Below are positions 12,732 through 25,941 of a stretch of 64,000 bases of DNA, in pieces; position 1 is the first letter of the stretch, and each line of letters opens with the position of its first letter. The stretch covers positions 1 through 64,000 of the forward strand of contig CAJVPI010000041.1 in NCBI GenBank assembly GCA_910592345.1, read 5' to 3'. A program made the position numbers and the translations under genes. The notes under the pieces were generated by a model. It was not told the DNA's origin. It saw only the letters and a program-made list of their open reading frames with translations, and searched no databases. The stretch is from Paraglomus brasilianum. Lineage: Eukaryota.

Positions 12732-15700
12732 ATGTCTTTCTCTCCTTCAAGCTTTCATACACCACCCCAAAGACGTTCTTTCGGTTCACCACGACGTCAC
12801 TCAGCTGGCTCACCATTACGCTCACGAGAGCTAAACATACTTCCAAATGACGCCGAACTCGAGAATATAGCACGTCGGCGGTCTTTTATCGACAGTCATC
12901 GAAAGTCATTAACCGAGACCCCTGTTTTTCCCAGTAGAGGTCCAAGTAAAGAAAACAGTAATGCAAGACTGTCTATTGCATCGCCTCTTTCAACGCCCAG
13001 GAAGACTGTCACGAGAAATATTGAAGTTGTTACACCTCAACCCAGACTTCCGCTTGAACAGATGCACAACAATTTCGAGGAATGGATAAAGATGGCTACT
13101 GATAATGTAAGTTTGTTTTAACGATCAGCGACTGTATCAAGAACACGCATTACTACACACATTGATAGTATTATTTAAATAATGGTTGAACAATTGTACA
13201 TTTGGAACCTTCCAACGTAATACTATCAAGCACAGGCTATCACTAATTGCAACTTTCCCCCTTGGATTCTAACATTGATAACAGAAAATCAACCGTTCAA
13301 ACAGCTGGAAACTTGCTTTAATAGATTACTTTCACGAGATGGCTTTTCTAAAAGACGGAGATTCGATCAACTTTCAAAAGGCTTCATGTACACTAGATGG
13401 ATGTGTAAAGATATATACTTCGCGTGTAGATTCGGTCGCAACCGAGACCGAAAGACTGCTTAGTGGACTTGCTGACAGTACAAGTGAGTTCTGGGAAGAG
13501 GAAAGTGGAAAGTAATAAGGAGAGGGCATGTCGTAGGTGTAAGATATAAATGGGAATAAATTAGAGACGATAAAATATTCAAATAATGTCATGTGACATT
13601 ATGTAATGTATTTATGACCAGACGTTTATACCATCAATCAAAGAAAATAGATTTCGAGATGATGAAGACTCTAACCAGGCAGAGGAAGCCGAGGAAGATC
13701 AAGATTCCCAAACGAAACAAAGACGCAAAAAGGTATGATCTCCATTCCTTTGACACTGCTATATATCTAATCTCTAATCACATTATTCATTCCGATTGAA
13801 AGCCTCGTACAGAACAGACACTAGCAAAAGATCCATCTGCCATCTGCGTCAAAGACTGGGATCTCGAATATCAAGTTGATCCCCTATGGAAAAAGATGGC
13901 AGCAGATTTCGATGAAGGAGGCGCTCGCGGACTGTTATTAAATCAGTTGGCAGTTGATGCCGAGGGAAAGATTGTGTTTGATACTAGTGAAGCAGTTGTT
14001 GATGATGGCAGTGAGAGTGCGGGTATCGAGATGGATATGACGAAACTTGTGTGTGAGTTTTATATATACATATATGGAAACAAAATGGTAGTTTCTTAAA
14101 GATTATTGATACAAATCTTAATGCTCTTTTTATGCTGTTCCCTACTTTAGTACAGTTTCGTGACAACCTGCGGACCATCTCAGCCAAGGATATATGTCCA
14201 TCACTGAAATCCTTCAACTTCCACCCCTCCTCCACGTTTGACGCTTCCAATCTTCCGACCCATTTCCTTGCTTCGCCCTCGGCCCCACAATTCAACATGT
14301 TCAACACCACCGATGATATCGACGCAATGATGACTACAGACGCCGACATACTCGACGATGCATTTAACGATGGTCTCGAAAATCCCTTTCTTGTCACAGA
14401 CTCGGACGCATTTCCTCCTTCCTCGCCAACACCTAATAACCGAAATCGACCAGTATTTACTGAAAGAGATATCATAATGGGAATGGCCGTCGACGACAAC
14501 ATGTTTTCGTATTTTGATTCGGCATTTTTGCGAAACTGGGCTGGGCCCGAGCATTGGAGAATCCGATCAGGTGCAAGAGGGCGTGTTGGTAGTGGTAATG
14601 GGGAAGGTGTTAATGGCAATTCTAATGACGCGGACGGCGAAAATGAGCAAGAAGAACAGCCAAGAAGACGCCCAACGAAGGAACCCTTTTTCGTGGATTT
14701 CCATAGTGATACTACAGATGGGAATAGACTATTCGTTCCGGCTACCACATCGATTAGTCTACCCAAAGCCGTGGAGAAGAATGGGCATAAGTATTTATTA
14801 CCGGATGACATACATTTTAACTCGAAGCAGTTGTTGCAATTGTTTATCAAGCCACGTTGTAAGGTAATAGGATATATATGATCGATCGAAATGTTGCTAT
14901 TTTTGTGAAGCACGGATTATAAATTGACACTTGATATTGATAGTTGGGCATAAGACGTGACGTTGAAGAAGATAGACCGAGCGGTAAGCTATAACGTTAA
15001 TTCATATAGTCCCATATCGGCCATTCTAACTTAACATTTATTCTAAATATCATACTCGTTAAAAGATCAAATTCCAGAGTTCGGAGACGATTCAGCTCCA
15101 GACGTCTCGGCCGAGTTCTGGGCCACACACGCAGACGATCAGTTTAGCGATGCTGGATTCTTTAGGGGAACAAATGCCACGAATGCCCTTGATGCCGACA
15201 ATGATGACGGTGATTGGTTTGACTTTGATGATTATATCGGAGAACAGGCATCAAGAGTGCGGCCCGAGTTTGTAAATTATGCAAAAACGGCGAAGAGAGT
15301 TGACGTTAAAAAGTTAAAGGAAAATATTTGGAAGACGTTGGTTAATGAAGACAACAACGAACACAAGGTCAGTGATGAGATGGTTGTTGTAGTGAGATGG
15401 TTGTTGTAGGGAAATGGCAGTCTTATCAAGTGACTTGGATGGATGGCCTCGAGCGTTACTACGGATCTCGCGCGCCCTCCCCTGTCCGTGCTCTCAGGGT
15501 TCCTTCGGCTCTATTAAAGCCATCTTGTTTATCCGAAACATGAGTAATATCAACTCTTCTATGTTAATACTACTTCTGACGTATTGTACTTTGCCTTTTT
15601 TAGACGAATGATTCAGTGCAGGGTGAGACGAATTTTACGTCAGTAATTCAGGATGTGAAGACAAAATATTCCGAACGCAAAGTGCAAGATATTTCTGTGT

Positions 15701-15810
15701 CTTTCTGTTTCATTTGCCTTCTCCATTTGGCAAACGAAAAGAATCTTACGATCGTGGGAAATGAATCGCTATCGGAATTATATATCACGCAAGATGCGGT
15801 TGTCCAATAA
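12732..15810 (+). CDS. BRN1: Condensin complex subunit 2 (Barren/CAP-H kleisin), multi-exon
   Basis: Motifs FEEWIKMATDNKIN..NSWKLALIDYF, NFQKASCTLDGCVKIYTSRVDSVATET, MAADFDEGGARGLLLN, NWAGPEHWRI, YAKTAKRVDVKKLKENIW and DISVSFCFICLLHLANEKNL. Confidence 0.95.
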
Positions 15811-16026
15811 TAAATCGTTTAATGCATGTACGGTGACATCATTTCCGTATGGCGTGATGTACAATTTTACTGTGGTATGATTTTAAGGTTGAGTATGCTA
15901 CACAAACACTGTCAAACATATGATATGACATCGCTTGGGAAACTGTATAAATAAAACGCAGAAAGTCAAAGTCAAACTGTCAAGCAACTAGACAACTTTC
16001 AATTTTTGCTATATAAAATCAAAATA

Positions 16027-17037
16027 ATGTCGGAAACAACAGCAACTGAAACAACAGCAACTCAAACTCAAACCGTGTACCAAGATACAGAACTCATAAA
16101 CACCGTTCGTGAAAATACGAACGACCCTAATAGTCGTACAATTGTCATTGCTCTCGATCATTCAGAACATTCACACCATGCATTCAATTGGGCAGTAAAG
16201 AACTTTCTTAGGAAAGAATGTGATAAGGTAGAGACAAAGTTGTACATGTTGATAAGTTGTGCATGTTGATACGTTGTATGCTTGCACTCATGTTTAGTCC
16301 GTATTGAAAGGCGTTATCTTAATCATCTCCCTCGTTTCTCAAGGTCGTTCTCGTAAACGTACGTCCAGTCCCGACTGTTCCGGGACCATATGGTGAGCCA
16401 GCCGGTAAAAATTTACTGCATTCTATATGGTTTCTAGACATAAATTATTTATCAACTTGCATTTTTACGTTGTATATATAGCTATTGGCGCAGCTTACAT
16501 GGACTTTAGCGAAGTAGTTAGTAGTCTCGAAGATCAGGTAAATATTTAAATGGGTCGTTGGATGTGGCGAGAGCTATTGGCTGACAGTCAAATTATTTTG
16601 TTTAATAAATAGTATCGATCAAACAGTCATTCACTGTTGAAAGACTTTGCTGGCAAGTTAAAGACTCAGGGTGTGAGTATTTTTTTTTTCATCTAATGTT
16701 ACGGTGACATTTTTTTGGTCTGTAGATATTACAACTAATTCATTGTTTGCTATCAGTTTGAATGTAAAGCAATAGCTATGCGGGGTGATGCACGAGATGA
16801 ACTTGTTCGTAAAGTAGACGAACTCAATGCAGAAGCACTTGTTATTGGCTCTCGGGGTCTTGGTGTATTCAAACGGTAAGGCATCCGAATTCATGTAATT
16901 CACATTAGTTTGCTACTTGTTCATTAATTCTCTTTTATATGCGCTCGTGTAGAACTATTCTTGGCTCGGTTAGTGACTATTGTAGTCATCACTGTGACTG
17001 CACAGTCGTTATTGTAAAGGACAAAGAAGCGCATTAA
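16027..17037 (+). CDS. Universal stress protein (USP-A-like), multi-exon
   Basis: RTIVIALDHSEHSHHAFNWAV, GDARDELVRKVDELNAEALVIGSRGLG and ILGSVSDYCSHHCDCTVVIVK. Confidence 0.92.
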
Positions 17038-17588
17038 TTAACGAATTCACTGGTTACGAACCACCAACACGACATATTATGTTATTTGCTAATTTGTATC
17101 AAAATTATAATAATGTGAATAAAATTTACATTGTATGTTATTAGCAGTTAATGTACTTGCTACCGGGGGTTATTTAATATAAGCGGAGACTGTTTTCCAG
17201 GAGACTCGTTTTTACATCGCTCAATGTAGTTACTTTTGCTCAATTGATCGATTCACATATTGCATTCAATTAATGTTGCTAGAGGTAACAGTAGGTTCAA
17301 CGGCCTTATTTATATATGTTGTGCTGCCATATCAAAATATTAATAGGATAGTGTAGTTGTTTTGTCTAATGACGTACTGTTATTTCCGCATGATGTCATC
17401 TTTGCAACTTGCTGCTCTACCGATACTTCATACTTCTTATCGTCATAACTCTCATCGATTTATTAAACACAACATTAACACTGCTCAATCTAAATAAATC
17501 TCACAAATCCTGACCGTCGTCTACACCCACTACCTTTGGCTTTGTATACTCCATACCCGCTCTATTTCGTTCGATTTCTCCGCCTTGA

Positions 17589-18911
17589 TCATCCAGTCAG
17601 CACATATCGCGTATATCCACCGCCTCTTATCTCCTTTATTCTTCCAATGTGTCTTAACAGTGCCAAGACGGTTTTGCCGGTAATATCTGGTTTGAATTTT
17701 ATTCGAACGTTTGACGACTTCAGATCTTTTTCTGTTATATACGGTCGTTCTGTATAAAAAGTGGGGGAGCGCGGCGCGCCAGGGTTATTGGAAAAGTTAA
17801 TGGACGAGTACGTGTGATGCAGATGTAAGAATCAGAAAACGGCGATAAATATAGATGATGTGAATACCCTTGATTTCGTCAATGTATGATTCTTTGTATT
17901 CCTGGATAAGTCAAACACATAATCGCAGATGAGTATGATGGCAAATACTCGGTTATTCAAAAATACTGCAAATAGTTACCCAATATCGAGCTTTCATATT
18001 CTGAGACATGGAACTCGGATTCATTCTGAGTATTCGGTACTTTTCACCAAAGACTTTATTGATATCGTCTATGGCTTCATTTATTTTTTCACGTGTTAAC
18101 CTTTTCACAATGTATCTTGCGATGCGAAATATTACGAGTTAGAATACAAAATATGGATAGTGATACTCAACCCAGAAATAATATTACTTTGGGACGTTAT
18201 CGAATTCCGAGATTGTCACATACGATACTTTGGGTAATCGGTCCGAGTCATCATTGTCTCGTGTTTTTTTCATAGTCTTGGTAGCAGATTTCTGTAGTCT
18301 CTTGGTCTTGACACTAGAAACATCTGTTAGTGAATCTGTATCGGTTGTGTGAATTCATCAAGGCAAGGCAAAGGACTCGATAATTACCCTGGTTTCTGCT
18401 TCTGTGATTGTGATTGTGATTGTGATTGCGATTGTGTTTCCGAGAACTGTTTATTCGGTAGAGCTTGTCTGATAGCCGCATCCGCAGTCCCGGGCAGATG
18501 TTTAGGTAGATTGCTTTGTAAATGCTCAAGGTATCTGTGTTGTGCTTTCAATCTATATTTAATGTCCTACATAATAATATACACGACGTCAATCTGGCGC
18601 TTGACACGATTGTATATCTAATAACAATGCAGGTTCAACACATACCTGAGCAAGGTCAATGGATACCTTTTCCTCTGACAGAAACGATGACATGTATGAT
18701 ACATGTTTTTCAAGCTCGTCGAGTGTATTGTGCATATCCAGAAGTATTGTGTCCATTTCTTCGTTGGATTCTTTCATGGGAGGTTGAACAGTGAGTGTGG
18801 CTTACAGATAGAGGGGATATGAACAGTAGGATAATTACCGTCTACACGTAGGAGCATCGATGTCTTGAGGTCATGTAACTTTCCATTGAACTCTGCCATC
18901 ATTGCCTCCAT
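17589..18911 (-). CDS. SKA1: Spindle and kinetochore-associated protein 1, multi-exon
   Basis: N-terminal coiled coil, a low-complexity linker, and C-terminal YITEKDLK...TGKTVLALLRHIGRIKEIRGGGYTRYVL, which matches the Ska1 microtubule-binding domain end. Confidence 0.8.
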
Positions 18912-21900
18912 AGTTAAGCTATTAAAGTAATTATATGGTAGATTATACGTTTCGGAAGGATAGAATGATGAATAACATGTATCGATCGAAACTTAAAAGA
19001 TAAATATGATTTCGAGAAATACGCGTTCCAGTTGATCTCACAAAGTTTTCCCAGGGCGAGTTCTAGTTTGCCATTGGCTGGAATAATGAGTGACTCATGA
19101 TCATGTCACATGCAGACCAAGTTCGAACAACACAATCTCTTTGTTAATGTTTACCGAAAAGATAAACCAGCTAACAACCGAATTAACCGAACCACATCCA
19201 TCATGTCGTAAACCAAAACACACAGTATGCATACAAAAGAATGGAATGTTAGTATGTAATCACATCTTCGCATCTTGTAATCTAAACAAATACATGTGCC
19301 TCAATAATTTCCATGTAATTTGCAACCCTTCTATTCGAGAACACTTCAACAGAATACAAACTTTTATCTGCAATCGAGTTTCAACTTCTTGGAGCCAAGT
19401 TTACAAACAGGTTTTCAATATACAGCTAATCTTGACGTGGGAAAAACGGCCTCTTTTTTTCATCCGAAATCGGATAAGCCCGACACTCCAAAAAAGTCTT
19501 AAAATAAATATTACCAAGGTACATAAGCCCTCACAGAGTTACTAAATAATCATGCTTATAACATATTTAAATTAACAACATTAATGCAAAGTGTAACAAG
19601 AAATTTCTCGCGCTTATTGGATCTGATCGAACAATCTGTGAATCTTATTCCTACTGACATATGCATTTTTACCATAATCCAGACTGTATATAATACTGCA
19701 CGTGTTATTATCGGACAATTATAACTTCATTAACACGTCACAGCATTCTGCCTATGAGTCTCATCTCTGACAACATTAATATTCCTGTCGGTAGAGGTGT
19801 TAGCGTTTTTTGTCACTCGCTTAGTCATATTAATGTCATGTAATGTCAAACGCGCAAAGAACATGATAACCATTTATCAATCGAGAGATTATTGTCATAT
19901 GGCATTACATGATTGTAATTGTACAATATAATAACATAAATACAATATCCAATATAATAACAATAATTAACTATCGGCATTGATGTCTCGACACAGCCCC
20001 TACTACTTATTAAACAACTCACAATTCATACAATCAAATCGATTGATACACTCTGTATGACGAGACCGACCTGGTCTTCTGTCTTCTGTTTACATGCATG
20101 ATCTTTTGTTCTCGTTCCTGTTCCATGTAAGCCTTCCACCGCCGCACAATCTTCATATGGTTATATTGTTATAATTATTATAAAGTACTGTATATATTCG
20201 AAATATACATAACACACAAAGTGGTCCTTATCTATGCGACGTGAGTAGTGGGCGTGTGAAGTAATATTCGGCAACAATTGAAAGAGTAGATGGGGGAAAG
20301 ATTAATGTATGTTTGAATGGTTCTTGAGAGTTAAAGTTTGTTTGATATGTCAACTAAAACGTTGCGGACATACAGCGTAATCGATAAAAATAGATTGCAC
20401 TTGCCAAGAGCATTTACAAATTAACTTGACCAATATTCCGTGAAATATTCTTACATGCATGTTTTTTTTGTCCTCTTACACTGTATATTATTCATTGTTA
20501 CCTCGTGCCATCAATTTAACATTTACCGTAATGCTCCCACCAGAGGGCATATTAAATATTGTTCCCGCGAATAATAACAGGTATGACAAGTGGGGATGGA
20601 TAAGATATCTATGACATCGTCTGAAGTAAAGACAAAAACATATTATAGTCGCTTATGCGATAAAGAGTTGATTACTGCGTGTTTGACGACTCCTTCTCGC
20701 TCTTTTTACTGCGCAGTCAATGTATATCAATCAATTACAAATTAGTATTAAATACCAAACAAAAAAACTATTATAGGACTGTAATTATGAAAGCTCGCTT
20801 CCTCAGCACCGACAAGTACCAACCACAATAGCCAAATAGGATTATTTATGAATAAAACGAGTTAGATCATCATTTGATATCTGCCATACACTCCTGAACT
20901 TATGATCTATGACATTGGAGAATGCTGAAATAACGTATGCATTTTCTATTCACTGCATGTCTGCACGCTCTACATTCGTATTCTCACATATCTGCACGTC
21001 CAAAATGTGTATTAGGAAAAAATGGTCTGTCTTCTATGTAAGAGATCATGGATGCGGACAACAATAATCGTAGCAGATACAAGTGTAATATTTATATTCT
21101 ATTATTCTCGGGGATATTCTAGTCCCTTGTTCTGAAAGACTAATTCGTCAATTTATGTGGAATATTTTTTTTTCCCGGGTAACACGCATTACTAAAATTT
21201 ATTATCTGCAAATTTATGTTGTACATGTGTGTGGGAACTGCTGAATGTGTAAATACCGTTTTGAGTTATTTATGTTAGTGTGCAACACAGCGGGAAAGTT
21301 CGTGACCCGATAAATTAAGTTTTTTGTGATATTCGGGCATTCAATGGATGTTTGTACATTCAACATCTAGACAACGTCTTTCCATCTACATCATTGCTAT
21401 TAATTTTGTTATTTATCATGCCTTACTTGAGCATATAGAACATGAATGATCGATACACTTGCGGTTTGCGGTTGCGGTTGCAGTCATGGTTATTATGATT
21501 AACAATCGAGCGAGTTGGCAAATATAAGAGTATCGGTCAGATTTGCAGGGGTGCATGTTTCTGCATCTCTTATAAACAATAACATGTGGTTGATCAAAAA
21601 CTGCGTAACGTCTCAAATAAACCATGACTACTATAAATAACAACAAAGATATTCGGCAACAAGTCTTTTCCCTTAATTCTAGATATTAATTGCTACATTT
21701 GGATGTAACTAGCACTTGAGCCCAAGAGGGTAGGTAGCAGCAGCACACAGTCGATCACCTTATACAAGTTATTCCATAAACCCAACCTGTTTTCCCACCC
21801 GTCATAGAACCGAACGCTTGTCAGCATCATTTCTGTCCGCGCCTCGTGAGAAAATCTTGGTATTACTAATAAAGCAGCCGGTAGATCAAAAATAAAGTTA

Positions 21901-22385
21901 ATGCAGAAATAAGTGAATTTGCTTATACCGTACATGTATTTGTTGTACGCATAAATCTTCTTCCCAACGTTCATTGTTTTCATTTTTGCCTTTATTTAAG
22001 CTGTTAGTTGCGATTATTCTTTGTTTGTCGCTCAACCGTTCATTGGTACCCGAATTATTGTAATTTAGTACTTGTTAAAGAAAGCCTCCTGAATTGTGTC
22101 TAAAATATACGTTGAAAGGAAGTTAAGTAATGTATCGAGTAAAGTATAATTTGTCATAGAATAGATGTTTATCAAAATTATGCGTATACATGTATAATAA
22201 GTCGACGCTTTAAAGTTGAATCAATAAATATAATACGCGCAATGCTTTATTGTAATATACAAGTGCTTATGTATTGTTAATTAAATCGATTGTTCACATT
22301 GATGTATTAAGTACTTATTTAATACATCAATCTTCCAACATATAAACCCCGCTTTGCTCCCCAGATCCATCTTATCCACTTCAAC

Positions 22386-23621
22386 ATGGACCAAAAACAT
22401 TATTGCAGCCTAATCATGTTCGATACTCCGCAAACAACAACCCACAATTCTCTCTCCGATACCGACCAAACCGCAGCCGTTCACAAGAGAAGATGTCGCA
22501 AGCGCCACCGATATACCAAACTAATGCGTATTCCACGTCCACCCAACGCATTTATCCTCTACAGGAAGTTTAAGCAAAAAGACGTTATGGCTAATTACAA
22601 AGATCTAACAAACGCTCAAGTCTCGAAAATAGTATCTATTCTGTGGTGGAAGGAATCCGAAGACGTCAGATTCAAGTGGGAGAAAATAGCCGACCGCGAA
22701 AAGCTTCGACACATGAAAGAATACCCCAACTACGTGTATCAACCAAAGAAATCCAAGCCTCGTAAGATAAAGAGCAAAAAAAAGCAAGCTTATCATGAAA
22801 CGGCGGCAGAAACTAGGATTGTGAACGACGGCGATACCAATGTACCAAATAACGGCAAAGATTCCTCGTCAATAAAACGTAAATCACGTAACAACAACAA
22901 ACAAGTCGATCCCAGACTGGCTGCTATAGCAGATACCATGTTTGCTGCGTCACATAATCCAAAGCCCGACCCACATCCTAGCAAACCTAAATGCTCTGTA
23001 AACGCGCGGAACAATCGGCATGTCAACAACACTGACCCACACTCGGCATCATTACATCCGCATACAAACCCTTCTCCTACTATACCGACACACTCGTCAC
23101 ATCTTTCATTTACCCCGGCTACGTCCTTTTCTCCAAGAATCGATAACCCTATAACCACCACAACAACAACAACGACGACGACAACAACACCAATTGTACC
23201 ATCGTGTTCACCCACGTTATTTTCGCCTCAAACTCCAATGTTGTCGCCTTTTACTCCTTCTCCAAACATGTATACGGCCATGTCTCCGTCTCCCTCGACG
23301 ACTGTCTATCAACCATCACTACCACAAGAACAACCACAATACATTTTCTATACGTTTCCGAAACCATATCCAGCCGTATCACCTGCTGGAGCCTTGTACG
23401 TCGACACTAACTCTTTTCACGGATACATGCCTGCAACCGTAGCAAATAACGTAAATGGAATGAATTGCGCCAAGTTTGAAGAGTTGTACAACTGTAGCGC
23501 ACCATCTGCACCACCGATCTCTGTTGACGGAAGAACAAATGTCTCGACAAGTTGCATCGAAACTAGTGCAGAAGATCTTTCATCAGATGGCATATACTAC
23601 GATCCGATGCCAAACAATTAA
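22386..23621 (+). CDS. MATA_HMG-box transcription factor (intronless, 411 aa)
   Basis: RIPRPPNAFILYRK...NAQVSKIVSILWWKESEDVRFKWEKIADREKLRHMKEYPNYVYQPKK, followed by a Pro/Ser/Thr-rich tail. Confidence 0.92.
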   Translation: MDQKHYCSLIMFDTPQTTTHNSLSDTDQTAAVHKRRCRKRHRYTKLMRIPRPPNAFILYRKFKQKDVMANYKDLTNAQVSKIVSILWWKESEDVRFKWEKIADREKLRHMKEYPNYVYQPKKSKPRKIKSKKKQAYHETAAETRIVNDGDTNVPNNGKDSSSIKRKSRNNNKQVDPRLAAIADTMFAASHNPKPDPHPSKPKCSVNARNNRHVNNTDPHSASLHPHTNPSPTIPTHSSHLSFTPATSFSPRIDNPITTTTTTTTTTTTPIVPSCSPTLFSPQTPMLSPFTPSPNMYTAMSPSPSTTVYQPSLPQEQPQYIFYTFPKPYPAVSPAGALYVDTNSFHGYMPATVANNVNGMNCAKFEELYNCSAPSAPPISVDGRTNVSTSCIETSAEDLSSDGIYYDPMPNN

Positions 23622-24265
23622 ACGGGTGAACGATATATTGCCAAGACCAAAGCCGACGAAAGTATATTGATTGCATATTTTAGTGTAAAGTCGACAGATT
23701 GGTCCTTGAAAACTTTGTACAAACGTTTACGTAAAATTTTTTTTTATTTTCTTTCCTTTTTTCTCTATTTCTCAACTTTTCGAATAGCCAAGCCTCGGAA
23801 TAACAGTTGAATTAATTTTCGATTTGAAATACAAACGCTTACATTCTTTTTTCTCTATTTCGAATACCCAAACCTCGGAATAACAGTTGAATTAATTTTC
23901 GATATCGATCCTAAGATTACTTATAGTTTTCGTTTATAATAATGATAATGCCCTTTATGTTATGATAGCTGACCTTCTTTTTTGGTTTTAAGTGAATAAA
24001 GTACACATATTTCGGGAATAAGAAAAAGCTGCTTGTGACAACTGCGCGAAGGTACATTCTAATGTTTAATAGTTAAAGAGCGGGAATAGATACATAGCGC
24101 ATATCTACATAATGACGATAGCTGCTCGAACTGCTTTATTGTCCATAATAATACTCATCAACAATATTGACATGCTCACGGATTAGCCACACGTGATACA
24201 TAACACGTGCAAAAATTATAAAAAGGGGAAATTTGCCATGCCGTTAACGTTCGAAATATTTAAAA

Positions 24266-25941
24266 ATGAAGATTTGCGTTCTTTGCAATAAAAATAAAGC
24301 CATCTTGAAGCGGCCTAAAACTTCTCAACAAATATGCAAAGAATGTTTCTATTATGTGTTTGAGACCGAAATTCATCATACCATTGTAGACAATAAATTG
24401 TTCAAACCTGGGGATAGAATCGCTATTGCTGCGTCGGGCGGAAAAGGTGTGAATTGCGTGTATGGGAGGGGAAATCATACTTTTCGTTTGAGTGGCTTGA
24501 CCTAGCATTAATTGAGCTTTGCTATTCAGATTCGACTGTGTTAGCATACGTAATAAAGCTATTGAATAATAGATACAACTATGGATTGAATCTGTTCTTG
24601 TTATCTGTTGATGAGGGAATAACTGGTTATCGAGATGATTCGTTAGAGGTGAACTATTGTTTACTTTACTTTGCTAGAACCCCATATCTTTCCATCATTC
24701 TCACTCTGACTTGCTCACTAGACAGTCAAGAGGAACCAGCAACAATACGACCTTCCGCTTGAAATAGTGTCATACCGTCAATTGTATGGATGGTCCATGG
24801 ATGAGATAGTTAAAGAAGTTGGGCTAAAGAATAATTGTAAATACCAGCGTGTACTTGTATTGATGTAATACGTGATTTTTGGTGATTCGCATTATACAAC
24901 TCGATTTTTTATATCGAATCAGGCACATTCTGCGGAGTCTTCCGCCGTCAAGCACTTGACCGTGGGGCAATGTTGCTTAACGTAGATCATATAATTACTG
25001 GACATAATGCAGATGATATCGCCGAGACGGTGCTCATGAACAGTACGTATCGTTATGCGCATGGATACGGGTAAATCGAGTTTTTTGGTAACTATTCGAA
25101 CCAAACAAGTTTCTTTTTGCTACTCTTAATAGTTCTCCGTGGAGATATTGCGCGTCTCCAGAGGTGTACCGAGATAGTGACAACCGGCGATGAACGTATA
25201 AAAAGATCGAAACCGTTCAAGTATACGTACGAGAAGGAAATTGTCATGTATGCCAAAAACGTGTCGATCAATATGGTTCGTGAATGACATACAAGTTGTC
25301 TGATTTAACGATACTTTTCGTATAGGTATGCATATTTCAAAAAGTTGGACTACTTCTCTACGGAATGTGTATACTCTCCAAATGCCTATAGAGGATATGC
25401 AAGAACGTTTCTGAAGGATTTAGAATCGATAAGGCCGAGTACTATTATAGGTAAATTATATCTGTCGTATAGCACTCACTCGTATTAGTATTGGTGCAAT
25501 CATGAACAGCAGTAAACCAACAACACATCTTTGTCTAGATATCATACATTCTGGTGAAGCTTTTCAAATCAAACAAGATGTCAAACTCCCAACTCAAGGC
25601 ACGTGTAAACGCTGTGGATACATGTCATCGAACGAACTATGCAAGGCGTGTATCTTGTTAGAGGGACTCAATCGGGGACTTCCAAAGTAAGTGTAATCTA
25701 CCTTTATTGCACATCTGTTACTTTTCATTATTAACGATATGTTTACACGAATTGATTAGGCTTGGCATCGGTAAGACGAACCGAATGGTGAGTTCTTTTA
25801 TACATCGATTATACGTATTACGTAGCCATTTATTAACCAAGTTTTATTCTATAGCGTAAAATTCACGGGGATATGCCCGATAACACAAGTACAATACAAC
25901 ATTTGGACACTCTAAAGAATGAAGCCAACAATAATAAGTAA
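24266..25941 (+). CDS. NCS6: Cytoplasmic tRNA 2-thiolation protein 1, multi-exon
   Basis: CVLC...CKECF...FETEIH, the spliced PP-loop [57 protein letters not shown] and [16 protein letters not shown]. Confidence 0.96.

Noticed and set aside
12732..18911. BRN1 and SKA1 as a chromosome-segregation gene cluster
   Set aside because: Only two genes, convergent and separated by an unrelated USP gene, so chance is sufficient.
22386..23621. HMG gene as mating-type (sexP/sexM) locus
   Set aside because: The neighbours are SKA1 and NCS6, not the triose-phosphate transporter and RNA helicase of the Mucorales locus. MATA-HMG genes are highly expanded in Glomeromycotina.
23780..23903. ~43-bp direct duplication downstream of the HMG gene
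   Set aside because: A simple local duplication in the 3' region with no further structure.
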